A stretch of DNA of 64,000 nucleotides from Candidatus Uhrbacteria bacterium (GTDB lineage Bacteria; Patescibacteriota; Patescibacteriia; UBA9934; GWF2-40-263), in the NCBI GenBank assembly GCA_016844925.1, contig JAERTI010000038.1, positions 66,936 through 130,935 of the forward strand, read 5' to 3'. Under the pieces are notes generated by a model. It was not told the DNA's origin. It was given only the letters and a program-made list of their open reading frames with translations, and ran no database searches. The translations under genes and the position numbers were made by a program. Numbering within the stretch: the first letter of the stretch is position 1; every line of letters begins with the position of its first letter. Shown here one piece after another: positions 19,890 through 29,783 of this stretch.

Positions 19890-19972
19890 GATAAAGAGGG
19901 TGGACGGCTATTTGTGGAGTGACACCATGCCAACAGAGTCTTGTTTCATGTAAACTAGAGGAAATATTTTCT

Positions 19973-22615
19973 ATGGCGAATACACCAACTTGGCACCACC
20001 TATCCGCAGACGATGTCCTTGATCATTTGAAGAGTTCAAAAGATGGGCTTGCTGTCGATCGGATAGAAGACCTTCAACAGTTGCATGGACCTAATGCGCT
20101 TCCGACAAAAAAGTCGGACGCTTGGTGGACTGTGTTGTTTAGGCAGTTCATTAGTCCGCTCATTTTGATTTTGATTGTTGCGGCGCTCATTAGCGTTGCC
20201 CTGGATGAGTGGGTGGACGTGGGAGTTATTCTTGCGGCTGTGGCGGTGAACACGGTGATTGGCTTTATTCAGGAATATAAAGCATCGAAGGCCCTGGCTC
20301 ACTTGAAGTCTCTTGTTCAGCCGCATGCGGTTGTCTTGCGCGGTGGGGCTGAGGTGGAGCTTCTCGCTGCGGAGCTCGTACCTGGTGATGTGCTTGTGCT
20401 TCAGACGGGTGATCGTGTGACAGCGGACGCACGTCTTGTTGAGGGAGTGGAGTTGTCTGTGAACGAAGCAGCACTTACAGGGGAGTCCATGCCGATCAAA
20501 AAGGCGGTGACGCTCCTTGAGCCAGGAGTGCCGCTCGCTGAGCGAACAAACATGCTCTATGCGGGCACCAGCGTTGTTGGAGGTAGGGGATTAGCCGTGG
20601 TGGTGGCTACAGGAGTGAAGACAGAACTCGGGAACATCGCCAAGCTTGTACAGGAAACGGAAGAGACTGACACACCTCTGCAGGAGCAGCTCGGCCGGTT
20701 AGCCCGTTGGTTGGCTTGGGGGGTTATGGGAGTCGTTGGGTTTTTGTTTGTGGCAGGTGTGTTCACAGGACGATCTACGCACGAGATGTTGGAGATGTCA
20801 GTAGCGCTTGCGGTGGCAGCGATTCCAGAGGGATTGATTGTATCTGTGACGATTATCCTCGCCATCGGTATGCAGCGCATTTTGCGTCGCAGATCGCTTG
20901 TCAGGCGGCTGGTGGCTGCCGAGACACTCGGAAGTGTCTCGATCATTTGTTCTGATAAAACGGGAACCATCACCGAGGGGGAGATGCGTGTGACGGACTT
21001 TATTGGACTCAAGGATGGGTATCGGGCAAAAGATCTTCCTGCAGAGAGACCTGCATTTGTTCAGCAGATGCTTGAGGTGATTGCTCTGTGTAACGATGCA
21101 AGTGTTGTGTCGGCCGATGAGGGGATGGTCCTCAAGGGGAGTCCGACCGAGCGTGCGCTCATGCAGGTGGTTCTTGATGTCGAGATAGATGTGCCAGCGT
21201 TGACGGCAGAGCATCCTCGTTCTGCGGAAATTCCATTCGACAGTGCACACAAATACATGGTGACGGCTAATGGCTGGCCTGAGGGTTCTCGGTATCTTTT
21301 GAAAGGTGCCCCGGGAATTGTCATGGAGTCTTGTGACAAGATTCAGTTAAACGGACGCCCAGTGAAGATGACGGATGCTCACCGGGAAGCTCTTGAGGTA
21401 CAGATTGCTGGACTTACTCAGAAGGGGTTGCGTTTGATTGCGACAGCATCGAGAAGCCACAAGGGCACTGTGTCTGACATGGGAGATCATGAGCTTGAGC
21501 ACTACACGTTCCTTGGATTGGTTGGGCTTCGTGATCCGCTGCGACCTGAGACCAAGGAGCAAATTGAGGCGGCAGCAGGCGCTGGTGTACGGACGATTAT
21601 TATTACCGGCGATCACCCAATGACCGCACAGGCGATCGGTGCTGAAGCGGGGCTTGTCGTGGGACCTGAGGGGGTGATTGTTGGACGCGTGCTTGACGAT
21701 TGGACAGATGAGGAGCTTGAGAAGCGTGTGGAGGATATTCATATCTATGCGCGTGTAGAGCCTCGGCATAAAATTCGTATCGTGAAAGCGTGGCAGTCAC
21801 GTGGCGAGGTTGTGGCGATGACGGGAGACGGAGTGAATGATGCGCCAGCCCTCAAGGCTGCTGATATTGGTATTGCGGTTGGTTCCGGAACCGAGGTGGC
21901 CAAGCAGGCATCCGATGTGGTGATCTTGGACAATAATCTTGGAACCATCACAGCTGCGATTGAGGAGGGGCGTGTGATCTTCGACAACATTCGCAAGACA
22001 ACGGTCTACCTCATGGCTGACAGCTTTACCGAGATGGTGCTCATTGGTGGTTCCATTATGATGGGGTTGCCGATTCCACTGCTGCCCGCGCAGATTCTTT
22101 GGATCAACTTGGTGGCTGATAGTTTTCCAAACGCAGGACTCACGCTCGAGCCTGGAGAGAAGGACATCATGAAGCAGCCTCCACGACCTCGAGACGAGGC
22201 GGTGTTGAATCGGGAAATGATGACGATCATTTTCTTGATTGGGGTCGTGACCGATGCGGTGTTATTCGTCTTGTATATCTGGCTCCTTGGATCCATTGGT
22301 GACATTGAGACGATTCGTTCTATCCTCTTTGCCGCTGTAGGAATTGATTCGCTGCTCTATATTTTTGCGGTGAAGAGTTTCCGCAAAAGCATCTTCCGCA
22401 TCAATCCATTCTCTAATCTGTACTTGGTCGGTGGAGTGTTCATCGGTTTTGGGCTCATGCTTTTGGCCCTCCTCCATCCATTCTTCCAGGAGATCTTTGA
22501 GATCGTGCCGCTGAGTTTGTCACACTGGATCCTATTGCTTATCATAGGAGTCATGAAGTTGGTGGCGATTGAAATTGCCAAGGAGGTATTCCTTATTCGG
22601 CCTAAACGAACGTAA
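19973..22615 (+). CDS. P2-type cation (Ca2+-type) transporting ATPase
   Basis: DKTGTIT phosphorylation site, PEGL in TM4, TGDHPMTA and GDGVNDAPALKAADIG motifs. ATG start with RBS agaggaaat. The longer ORF begins at a GTG. Confidence 0.88.
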   Translation: MANTPTWHHLSADDVLDHLKSSKDGLAVDRIEDLQQLHGPNALPTKKSDAWWTVLFRQFISPLILILIVAALISVALDEWVDVGVILAAVAVNTVIGFIQEYKASKALAHLKSLVQPHAVVLRGGAEVELLAAELVPGDVLVLQTGDRVTADARLVEGVELSVNEAALTGESMPIKKAVTLLEPGVPLAERTNMLYAGTSVVGGRGLAVVVATGVKTELGNIAKLVQETEETDTPLQEQLGRLARWLAWGVMGVVGFLFVAGVFTGRSTHEMLEMSVALAVAAIPEGLIVSVTIILAIGMQRILRRRSLVRRLVAAETLGSVSIICSDKTGTITEGEMRVTDFIGLKDGYRAKDLPAERPAFVQQMLEVIALCNDASVVSADEGMVLKGSPTERALMQVVLDVEIDVPALTAEHPRSAEIPFDSAHKYMVTANGWPEGSRYLLKGAPGIVMESCDKIQLNGRPVKMTDAHREALEVQIAGLTQKGLRLIATASRSHKGTVSDMGDHELEHYTFLGLVGLRDPLRPETKEQIEAAAGAGVRTIIITGDHPMTAQAIGAEAGLVVGPEGVIVGRVLDDWTDEELEKRVEDIHIYARVEPRHKIRIVKAWQSRGEVVAMTGDGVNDAPALKAADIGIAVGSGTEVAKQASDVVILDNNLGTITAAIEEGRVIFDNIRKTTVYLMADSFTEMVLIGGSIMMGLPIPLLPAQILWINLVADSFPNAGLTLEPGEKDIMKQPPRPRDEAVLNREMMTIIFLIGVVTDAVLFVLYIWLLGSIGDIETIRSILFAAVGIDSLLYIFAVKSFRKSIFRINPFSNLYLVGGVFIGFGLMLLALLHPFFQEIFEIVPLSLSHWILLLIIGVMKLVAIEIAKEVFLIRPKRT

Positions 22616-22616
22616 T

Positions 22617-22766
22617 ATGACTCGCTCCAAGTATCCACGCTCACTGGCAAAGTATGTCCGCCAGCAGAAAGCGCTTATTCGACGGCAGACACAAAACAAG
22701 GAGGAGCAGGAAGCGCGCATCAAAGAACTTATTTCACGTATCGACGCATCGCGTCCATCCACATGA
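22617..22766 (+). CDS. small basic protein (50 aa)
   Basis: MTRSKYPRSLAKYVRQQKALIRRQTQNKEEQEARIKELISRIDASRPST. The ATG is 1 nt after the ATPase stop. Its stop overlaps the translin start. Confidence 0.45.
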   Translation: MTRSKYPRSLAKYVRQQKALIRRQTQNKEEQEARIKELISRIDASRPST

Positions 22767-23338
22767 AACGTCCAGCCACTCTTTCTCAATTCCAAAAGCG
22801 GTATCACGGCCAGCAAGAGGCTCGCCGTGGGCTCATCGGGACATCTAACGAGGCTTTGAGTAAATCTAAGCGCGCCATTTTTGCGCTTCATCGAGACGAC
22901 CCTAAGGCCGCAGCAGACCTTCTTGTTCAGGCAGAGAAGTTGTTCACAAAAGCAGAGCGTTCATTCAAGAAGTTCCCCGCGCTCCGGTACGAGGGAGCCT
23001 ATAAGGCGGCTCTTGAGGAGTACGCCGAGGCGCTCTTGTTCGAACAATATTTGCGCACAGGAAAGCTGGGCAAGATTCACGAGCGGGCCATGGACCCGTA
23101 TGTGTACCTTGCCGGGCTTACAGATACGACCGGAGAGATGGTTCGCTATGCTGTCCGGCAGGTGACCCTCGGAAACATGAAGGCTGTTGGTGAAGTGTAC
23201 GATGCCGTTGAGATGGTAGTGGAGTACTTGCTGGACATGGACCTTACCGGGTATCTCCGTACAAAGTTTGATCAGGCAAAAAAGAATCTACGTCGCCTTG
23301 AGGGGATGACGTATGATCTAGCTATCCGTGACAAATAA
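22763..23338 (+). CDS. translin-family protein
   Basis: AALEEYAEALLFEQYL and GLTDTTGEMVRYAV resemble translin conserved helices. About 190 aa. Confidence 0.55.
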   Translation: MKRPATLSQFQKRYHGQQEARRGLIGTSNEALSKSKRAIFALHRDDPKAAADLLVQAEKLFTKAERSFKKFPALRYEGAYKAALEEYAEALLFEQYLRTGKLGKIHERAMDPYVYLAGLTDTTGEMVRYAVRQVTLGNMKAVGEVYDAVEMVVEYLLDMDLTGYLRTKFDQAKKNLRRLEGMTYDLAIRDK

Positions 23339-23341
23339 ACT

Positions 23342-24001
23342 ATGCGTGCCCTAGATGACGAATACCCTTGGGTATTTGGGCGTGATGATATTGATTTACT
23401 TGAGGACGAGATCGAAGATCTCTTTCAGCAGTTTGGCCGTGTCTCTAGTAAATCAAGTGATGTAGAAGTGCAGGTGTTGCAGGAGCAGGTTGAAACAGAG
23501 GAGCGGTCAGATGCGGAGCTGGCAGAGCGTTTGGGGTTGAACATGCTTGAGCCGCGTGGGGAAACGTCATCGTCTGGAGGATTCCAGTCGTCACCGACAT
23601 CTTCTCCTCAGATCGACAACATGCGCCTGCATCCTCTCTATCAGCGTGCGCGTGCGTGGGCTCAGGAACTTCGCTCTTGGGCAAAGGTGGCTTACGAAAC
23701 AGGGACTCCTGGTAAGGGGGATGTGTTTCGTGTATATGCCAATGTAAATCTTGTTCCGATCAAACTCTTTACCGGGCTTCATGAGGAGCAGCATGGAGAT
23801 GCTATTGGCCTCGAGGTGGCCGAGCAGGAGTACCAACTCGCGCTCACGTACCTGGAGCGCATCATTGAGTCGCTTACGTTGGTGTTGGTATTGGAGGAAG
23901 GAATTGGGCCGCTTGTTTCTTTGCGTGGGCAGGCTGAGGAATTACGAGCGATTGTCGTTGGTCAGCTTGCCGCGGTTCGACGGAAGAAAGGACGGATATG
24001 A
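23342..24001 (+). CDS. hypothetical protein
   Basis: 219 aa, with an acidic N-terminus and a Ser-rich linker. Start and stop are coupled with the neighbouring genes. Confidence 0.5.
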   Translation: MRALDDEYPWVFGRDDIDLLEDEIEDLFQQFGRVSSKSSDVEVQVLQEQVETEERSDAELAERLGLNMLEPRGETSSSGGFQSSPTSSPQIDNMRLHPLYQRARAWAQELRSWAKVAYETGTPGKGDVFRVYANVNLVPIKLFTGLHEEQHGDAIGLEVAEQEYQLALTYLERIIESLTLVLVLEEGIGPLVSLRGQAEELRAIVVGQLAAVRRKKGRI

Positions 24002-24660
24002 CAAAGCCAGCTGTTGCCGCGATCATTCCGGCATACAATGAAGAACAGACCGTGGCGGACGTTGTCCGTCCGCTTAAGGCCTCGCCCCATGTGGGAGAGG
24101 TTCTTGTTATTTCAGATGGGTCTACGGACCGCACGGTCGAAGTAGCTCGGGCTGCAGGGGCGACGGTGCATGAGCTTTCGGAAAAAGGAGGGAAGGGTCA
24201 GGCGATGTATCGTGCGCTCAGTTTTACAGATGCGCCCGTTGTTGCATTCTTTGACGCTGATTTAATTGGTCTGACACAGGAACATATCGAGCAACTTGTG
24301 CTGCCAGTCGTGTCAGGGAGCCGCATGATGAACGTGGGGGTGCGTGACAAGGGGCCGCTTGGCACGTTCATTGCCAAACACCTTCCGCTTGTAGGTGGAG
24401 AGCGAGTGATGTTGCGGCAAGTGATTTCAAGTATTGATCCAAAGTATTTAAAAGGATTCATGGTTGAATCATCGTTGAATTACTATTGCCGATCGCGCGG
24501 ATATAGTTATGGGGCGGTGATTTTAAGGGACCTCACCATGCGGCGGAAATTTCAGAAAGTGGGGCTGTGGCCGTCTGCACTGGAATATGTCAAAATGTGG
24601 TATGCCGTAGCGAAGGCGATGATTATCGTTCGTGTTGCGCGAGCACGTAAAGAATTTTAG
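23998..24660 (+). CDS. family 2 glycosyltransferase (DPM/DPG-synthase-like)
   Basis: AIIPAYNEE...ISDGSTD...FFDADL DxD-containing GT2 core. Confidence 0.75.
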   Translation: MTKPAVAAIIPAYNEEQTVADVVRPLKASPHVGEVLVISDGSTDRTVEVARAAGATVHELSEKGGKGQAMYRALSFTDAPVVAFFDADLIGLTQEHIEQLVLPVVSGSRMMNVGVRDKGPLGTFIAKHLPLVGGERVMLRQVISSIDPKYLKGFMVESSLNYYCRSRGYSYGAVILRDLTMRRKFQKVGLWPSALEYVKMWYAVAKAMIIVRVARARKEF

Positions 24661-24662
24661 GT

Positions 24663-26138
24663 ATGTCTATTGATTTGAGTTCCATTGATAATTTCCAAGA
24701 TGCCATGGTCACCGTGATGGGGCTTGGTCGATACAAAAAGGGAAGTGGTATTGGTGCTGCCAAGTGGCTTATGCGTCACGGAGCGCAGCTTGTGATCACG
24801 GATTTGAAAGACGAGGATGAACTGCATGAGAGCATTGATGAGATTGAGAAGTGGTACAAGCAGTACCGCGCGGAGTTTCCAGATCGGGAGATTTACGCGC
24901 CGGTGTTCGTGCTAGGAAAACATGACGCCGATAATTTCACGAACGTTGATCTTGTGGTGCAGAACCCGGGGGTGGCGCGTGAGAGTGAGTTCGTTGCGCT
25001 TGCCAAGGAGCAGGGAGTCCATGTCGAGTCAGACATCTCACTGTTCTTCCGTTACTGTCCGTTCCCGATTTATTCGATCACGGGAACCAGAGGTAAGAGC
25101 ACGACGACAGCCCTCATGGGAGAGATGCTCAAGCATAAAAACCCAAAAACGGTTGTGGCGGGAAACATCACACGGTCTCCGCTAGAAGATTTAGATTGGC
25201 TTCTTGAAGAGAAAGATCCCGTGCCCGTTGTTCTAGAGCTCTCATCTTGGCTTCTCGAGTCTCTCGAAGGGATGGGGCTTGGACCTCAAATTGGTGTGCT
25301 AACCAATGCCTTTAAAGATCACTTAGATCGTTACGACTCATTTGAGCATTACCTTTGGGCCAAGGAGTTGATCTTTCAGGAGCAGAATGAAGATCAGTAT
25401 GCGCTTCTAAATAACGACCAGGAGATCTCCACGGAGATTGCTGAGCGCATCCCGTCGAAGAAGAAGTTTTGGTTCGGGCAAGAGCCTCTTGCTGAAGGGA
25501 AAGACGGCGTGTTCCGTGAGGGTGACAATTTGGTTCGTCGCATCGATGGAGAAGACACGCCTTTTGCCCATGTGTACGATTTGAAACTTGAAGGTGATCA
25601 CAATATTACCAATGCTTTGTGTGCATCGCTCGCGGCACATTTGGCCGGTGTGAGCGATGACGATATTCATACAAGTCTGAAGGAGTTTGTCGGGCTTCCA
25701 GGTCGTCAAGAGATTCTTGGAGAGGTTGAGGGGGTTTTGTATGTAAACGACACAAACTCGACGTCACCTGAGGCGCTCATGGCCGCGCTTAAGCGATTTG
25801 GAAACGGTGGAAACATTGTGCTCATCACCGGTGGTAACGCAAAGGGCTTCACGTTTGAAGAGGTTGCCGAGATGATCGGAGAAGAGTGTAAGTTTGTGGT
25901 GCTACTCGAAGGAGGGGCAACCACAGAGCTCGAACAAGAAATAGGAGACCGCGCTCCGTCAGTGCGTGTTGATTCGATGAAGAAGGCAGTAAAGGCTGCG
26001 GTGGAGAACAGCACACTCGGCGATATCATCTTGTTGTCACCTGGTGCATCAAGTTTTGCCTTGTTTAAAAATGAGTTCGATCGAGGCGATCAGTTCAGGG
26101 CCGAATACGAAAAGGTGGTAAAGGCCTCCAAGCACTAA
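24663..26138 (+). CDS. murD: UDP-N-acetylmuramoylalanine--D-glutamate ligase
   Basis: N-terminal Rossmann domain VMGLGRYKKGSGIGAAKWL. Mur ligase P-loop SITGTRGKSTT. Confidence 0.8.
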   Translation: MSIDLSSIDNFQDAMVTVMGLGRYKKGSGIGAAKWLMRHGAQLVITDLKDEDELHESIDEIEKWYKQYRAEFPDREIYAPVFVLGKHDADNFTNVDLVVQNPGVARESEFVALAKEQGVHVESDISLFFRYCPFPIYSITGTRGKSTTTALMGEMLKHKNPKTVVAGNITRSPLEDLDWLLEEKDPVPVVLELSSWLLESLEGMGLGPQIGVLTNAFKDHLDRYDSFEHYLWAKELIFQEQNEDQYALLNNDQEISTEIAERIPSKKKFWFGQEPLAEGKDGVFREGDNLVRRIDGEDTPFAHVYDLKLEGDHNITNALCASLAAHLAGVSDDDIHTSLKEFVGLPGRQEILGEVEGVLYVNDTNSTSPEALMAALKRFGNGGNIVLITGGNAKGFTFEEVAEMIGEECKFVVLLEGGATTELEQEIGDRAPSVRVDSMKKAVKAAVENSTLGDIILLSPGASSFALFKNEFDRGDQFRAEYEKVVKASKH

Positions 26139-26214
26139 GAGAAAAAACAGGCTTAAGGGCCTGTTTTTTGGTTTTATCGTGTGAAATCGGGGGATTTGGT
26201 AGAATAGGGGGGTT

Positions 26215-27516
26215 ATGAAACGATTGATTCGAGCGGTTGTCCCGGAGCGGATAATCAACGTGTATCACCGCGGCCTGGCACACCTGGCGGCTGTTTGGTA
26301 TCGGCACCCTTCTCGTGAGCTCACGGTGGTGGGGGTGACGGGGACAAATGGGAAATCGTCGACGGTGCAGTTTTTGGGACGACTCTTGGGGCACGCGGGA
26401 TACCGTGTGGGGTGGACGACCACGGCGAGTTTTAAGGTTGCGGACAAAGAATGGGTGAACGATAAGAAGATGACCATGCTCGGGCGCTTCCAGACGCAGC
26501 GACTGCTCAGAGAGATGGTAACGGCAGGGTGCACACACGCCATTGTTGAGACGTCTTCGCAAGGAATCCTGCAGTCACGTCACATCGGGATCGATTATAA
26601 GATGGCGGTGTTCACTAATCTCACACCCGAGCATATTGAAGCGCATGGAGGGTTTGAGAATTATAAGAAGGCTAAGGGGGAGCTGTTTCGTGTGGCGTCC
26701 GATGCAATCATCGTGAATCTGAACGACCCTCATGCTGAGTACTACCTCTCGTTTGAAGCAGAGCGTTATGGGGGGTTTGCCATTGAGGCTGTTGAGAAGA
26801 ATGCGACACGGATAACTCTTCCACCGGTGTTGGCCAAGGATGTGCAGTACGAGGCAACGTGCACGACGTTTACGCTTGGGGAGCATCTTGTGCACTTCAA
26901 GCCGATTGGTCGGTTTAATCTTGAGAATGCGCTTGCGGCTGCTGCCACAGCAAGGGCATTGGGTGTCGAGGAGAGGTTGGTTGCCGACGCTCTTGAGAAA
27001 CTTGAAGCTGTCCCTGGTCGACTGGAGCGCATTGAAGAAGGGCAGCCGTTTGAGGTGATTGTTGATTATGCCTATGAGCCAGCGGCACTCAATGCCGTGT
27101 ACGCTGCTGTTGAGCTGATGCGCACTCAAGGGCGTTTGATTCATATTGTAGGCTCCGCTGGTGGGGGGCGCGATGTGGCGCGACGAGAGATTTTGGGGAA
27201 GATGGTCGCCGAGCATGATGACCTTGTGATTGTGACGAATGAGGATCCTTATGATGAAGATCCGTGGCAGATAATTAACGACGTCGCAGACGCGGCAGCA
27301 GCAGCGGGGAAGCAGGATGATCTTGATCTGTTCCGTATTCTTGATCGACAGGAGGCGGTTCAGCGAGCTATCGATCTTGCCGAGCGTGGAGATCTAGTCC
27401 TCATAACAGGGAAGGGTTCTGAGCCGGTGATGGCGGTGGCCGATGGTAAGAAGATTCCATGGGACGACCGGGTTGCTGCTCGGAAGGCTTTACATCAACG
27501 ATATGGACGCACCTAA
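26215..27516 (+). CDS. Mur ligase, MurE-like, lacking the N-terminal domain
   Basis: VTGTNGKSST P-loop. DYAYEPAAL and GRLIHIVGSAGGGRD...VIVTNEDP resemble MurE C-terminal motifs. Only 433 aa. Confidence 0.6.
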   Translation: MKRLIRAVVPERIINVYHRGLAHLAAVWYRHPSRELTVVGVTGTNGKSSTVQFLGRLLGHAGYRVGWTTTASFKVADKEWVNDKKMTMLGRFQTQRLLREMVTAGCTHAIVETSSQGILQSRHIGIDYKMAVFTNLTPEHIEAHGGFENYKKAKGELFRVASDAIIVNLNDPHAEYYLSFEAERYGGFAIEAVEKNATRITLPPVLAKDVQYEATCTTFTLGEHLVHFKPIGRFNLENALAAAATARALGVEERLVADALEKLEAVPGRLERIEEGQPFEVIVDYAYEPAALNAVYAAVELMRTQGRLIHIVGSAGGGRDVARREILGKMVAEHDDLVIVTNEDPYDEDPWQIINDVADAAAAAGKQDDLDLFRILDRQEAVQRAIDLAERGDLVLITGKGSEPVMAVADGKKIPWDDRVAARKALHQRYGRT

Positions 27517-28003
27517 GTTTCTACGACTCAAAGCAGAAGAGGAGGTGCTTGAGGTGCTGCGGGCTTCTCTGGCTCCGTACGTGCTGAAATTTATTCTGCT
27601 TATTGTTTGGCTTTTGCTCCCGTTCTTTTTCTTGTTTCCATTGCTGCGAGAAGGGACATGGGGCATTGTTGTCGTGACTCTTTGGATTCTTTCTGGAATC
27701 CTGTTACTCACTCGTGCCTATCTAAAATGGTCCCGCACACTTTTGGTTGTGACAGATCGTCGCGTGGTGGATCATGAGCAAAAAGGCTTTTTTCATCGTG
27801 TGGTGACAGAAGCGCGGTACGATCAGATTGATGAGGTGAGTTATTTTGTGAAAGGAATCCCGTCGACGTTGTTTCGATATGGCACCTTGCATATTCAGCT
27901 TGAGGGCTCTGCAGCAGATATTGAGGTGGCCCACATAAAACGACCAGCCCGTATTTCAGATTTGATTAACGACCTACGTAGCGAGGCACATGCCCAGAAA
28001 TGA
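27503..28003 (+). CDS. bacterial PH-domain (YdbT/DUF304-like) membrane protein
   Basis: Two TM helices followed by a bPH domain. The start overlaps the preceding gene by 14 nt. Confidence 0.55.
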   Translation: MDAPKFLRLKAEEEVLEVLRASLAPYVLKFILLIVWLLLPFFFLFPLLREGTWGIVVVTLWILSGILLLTRAYLKWSRTLLVVTDRRVVDHEQKGFFHRVVTEARYDQIDEVSYFVKGIPSTLFRYGTLHIQLEGSAADIEVAHIKRPARISDLINDLRSEAHAQK

Positions 28004-28445
28004 TCGGTCATTTGCACAACGACTTATCCGGTGGCGATACCTCGTCGTCGTGAATTTATTGGTGATAGTTTTTTTAAGCATGTCATTGGGTCGTGAGGTG
28101 GTTAGGAATTCAACCATCGATGCGGAAATCGCGGCGCTGGAGACAGAGGCAGAAGAGTTGGCGACCAGGAATATTGAGATTAGTGAGCTCAAGACGGCCA
28201 TGCAGACAGAGTCATTTATTGAACGTGAGGCGCGACTAAAATTAGGAATGAAGAAGCCGGGAGAAACGGTTGTGGTGGTACAAGATGACGTCCAGCAACA
28301 AGAGCCGCTTACAGATGATGCGTACGATCCTCTTGGGTATGTAATGGGTATGGAAGAGTCCAGAGAGGTGGTTGCAAATCCGACCAAGTGGTGGTATTAC
28401 TTCTTCGACAAAACAACGTTTGATCAAATAAATTCGTATGAATGA
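27990..28445 (+). CDS. septum formation initiator FtsB/DivIC-like
   Basis: Single TM helix plus a coiled coil AEIAALETEAEELATRNIEISELK. Confidence 0.6.
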   Translation: MPRNDRSFAQRLIRWRYLVVVNLLVIVFLSMSLGREVVRNSTIDAEIAALETEAEELATRNIEISELKTAMQTESFIEREARLKLGMKKPGETVVVVQDDVQQQEPLTDDAYDPLGYVMGMEESREVVANPTKWWYYFFDKTTFDQINSYE

Positions 28446-29394
28446 GGTGACCGAAAAGCCACAGGAGACAAAGGAGCAGCCTGAGCGCAGCGCATCAAAA
28501 ACAAAGAAGTTTCTTCAGACAACGAAGGGAAAAGGTATCGCCGCCGCTATTGTGGTGGTCGTTTTATTTGCTTGGGTAACCTCGCAGGTGTACAGCCGTC
28601 CTGTGACCGATGATCTTGTCCGTCGGGCAAGTGCTGTGATTCCGTATCCAGCCATCTCTGTGAATGGGACAACGGTTTCCATGAAAGAGTTTCTCATTGA
28701 ATATGACGCACTCTTGCAATACTTCGGTGGGAACAGCGGAGAGACGGCTCCTGCTGCCGATCAACTAGAGGTCGCTATTGCCGACACACTCGTGCATAAA
28801 ATTGTGATCGAGCAGCTTGCAAAAGAGCGTGGTGTAGAGCTCGATCAGGAGCGGGTGGATGCGTACTATCAGGACGTTCTCGCTGGGCAGCCCAGTGAGG
28901 AGACATTCATGCAGGAACTCGAAGAGACGTTTGGCTGGACAACGGACGAGTTTAAGGAGCGGATCATTACATCGATCGTTTTGGCGCTGCAGATGACAGA
29001 AGTGATTTTAGAAGATGAAGAACTTCAGGCTGAGCGTGCAGCACTGGCGCAGCAGGCGTATGACCGTGTGATGGGCGGAGAAGCCTTCGCCGTTGTGGCG
29101 AAAGATATTCATAGTGCGTTCCAGGGTCTCGAGAGCGATCTTGGGTATGTGAACTTGTCTGCCGTGCCCGAAAGTTGGTCTGCTGAGGTGGGCGCGCTCG
29201 AGACTGGTCAAGTAAGTGCTGTACTCGATTTACCTGAGGGGTATGCCATGTTCCGATTGGAAGACCGTGTGGAAGGTGAGGAGGATACAAGACTGCACCT
29301 TATGACGATTACAGTCCCAAAGATTACCCTCGAAGTTGTGGTAACGGAGTACCTGGAAGAAGCTGAAGTAAAGCGTTACGTGGGAGTAGAATAG
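28438..29394 (+). CDS. membrane-anchored SurA-N-like chaperone domain protein (putative)
   Basis: N-terminal TM anchor and a periplasmic helical domain. No parvulin motif seen. Confidence 0.35.
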   Translation: MNEVTEKPQETKEQPERSASKTKKFLQTTKGKGIAAAIVVVVLFAWVTSQVYSRPVTDDLVRRASAVIPYPAISVNGTTVSMKEFLIEYDALLQYFGGNSGETAPAADQLEVAIADTLVHKIVIEQLAKERGVELDQERVDAYYQDVLAGQPSEETFMQELEETFGWTTDEFKERIITSIVLALQMTEVILEDEELQAERAALAQQAYDRVMGGEAFAVVAKDIHSAFQGLESDLGYVNLSAVPESWSAEVGALETGQVSAVLDLPEGYAMFRLEDRVEGEEDTRLHLMTITVPKITLEVVVTEYLEEAEVKRYVGVE

Positions 29395-29436
29395 CTTGAT
29401 GGCGCAAAACGTCTTTGATACTATTGCGCCGCCCAC

Positions 29437-29512
29437 GCCACCGTAGCTCAGTTGGTAGAGCAATACTTTCGTAAAGTAGAGGTCGGCGGTTCAAATCCGC
29501 CCGGTGGCTCCA
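29437..29512 (+). tRNA. tRNA-Thr (anticodon CGT)
   Basis: Acceptor GCCACCG pairs with CGGTGGC. D-arm is GCTC-AGTTGGTA-GAGC. Anticodon loop is TTCGTAA. T-arm is GGCGG-TTCAAAT-CCGCC. CCA is encoded. Confidence 0.85.
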
Positions 29513-29546
29513 AAACACCCTGTCGAATGACAGGGTGTTTTGTTTG
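29513..29546. terminator. bidirectional terminator
   Basis: aaaacaccctgtcgaatgacagggtgttttgtttg. Confidence 0.7.
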
Positions 29547-29553
29547 TTAGGAG

Positions 29554-29567
29554 GGTGGATTTGAACC
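29554..29567 (-). repeat. inverted partial copy of a tRNA T-arm (GGTTCAAATCCacc)
   Basis: ggtggatttgaacc is the reverse complement of ggttcaaatccacc. It matches the tRNA-Thr T-arm at 13 of 14 positions. Confidence 0.5.
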
Positions 29568-29672
29568 GAGGGGATGGTAAGGGGAGATATCCCCTTACTT
29601 GCTGGGGGTGACAGCGAGCAAAGCGAGCACCAGAGGGGCGGAAGCCCTTATGGAGAGCCGAAGGCGATGTGA

Positions 29673-29728
29673 AATATCCGCCCGGTGGCTCCAAAACACC
29701 CTGTCGAATGACAGGGTGTTTTTGTTTG
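29673..29728 (+). repeat. direct repeat of tRNA-Thr 3' end plus terminator (att-like scar)
   Basis: aaatATccgcccggtggctccaaaacaccctgtcgaatgacagggtgttttTgtttg duplicates 29493-29546 with two 1-2 nt indels. Confidence 0.75.
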
Positions 29729-29783
29729 TAAAAGAAAAAAGAGACCACGGGGGTCTCGGGACACGTCGCGTGTCAGCGATGTG

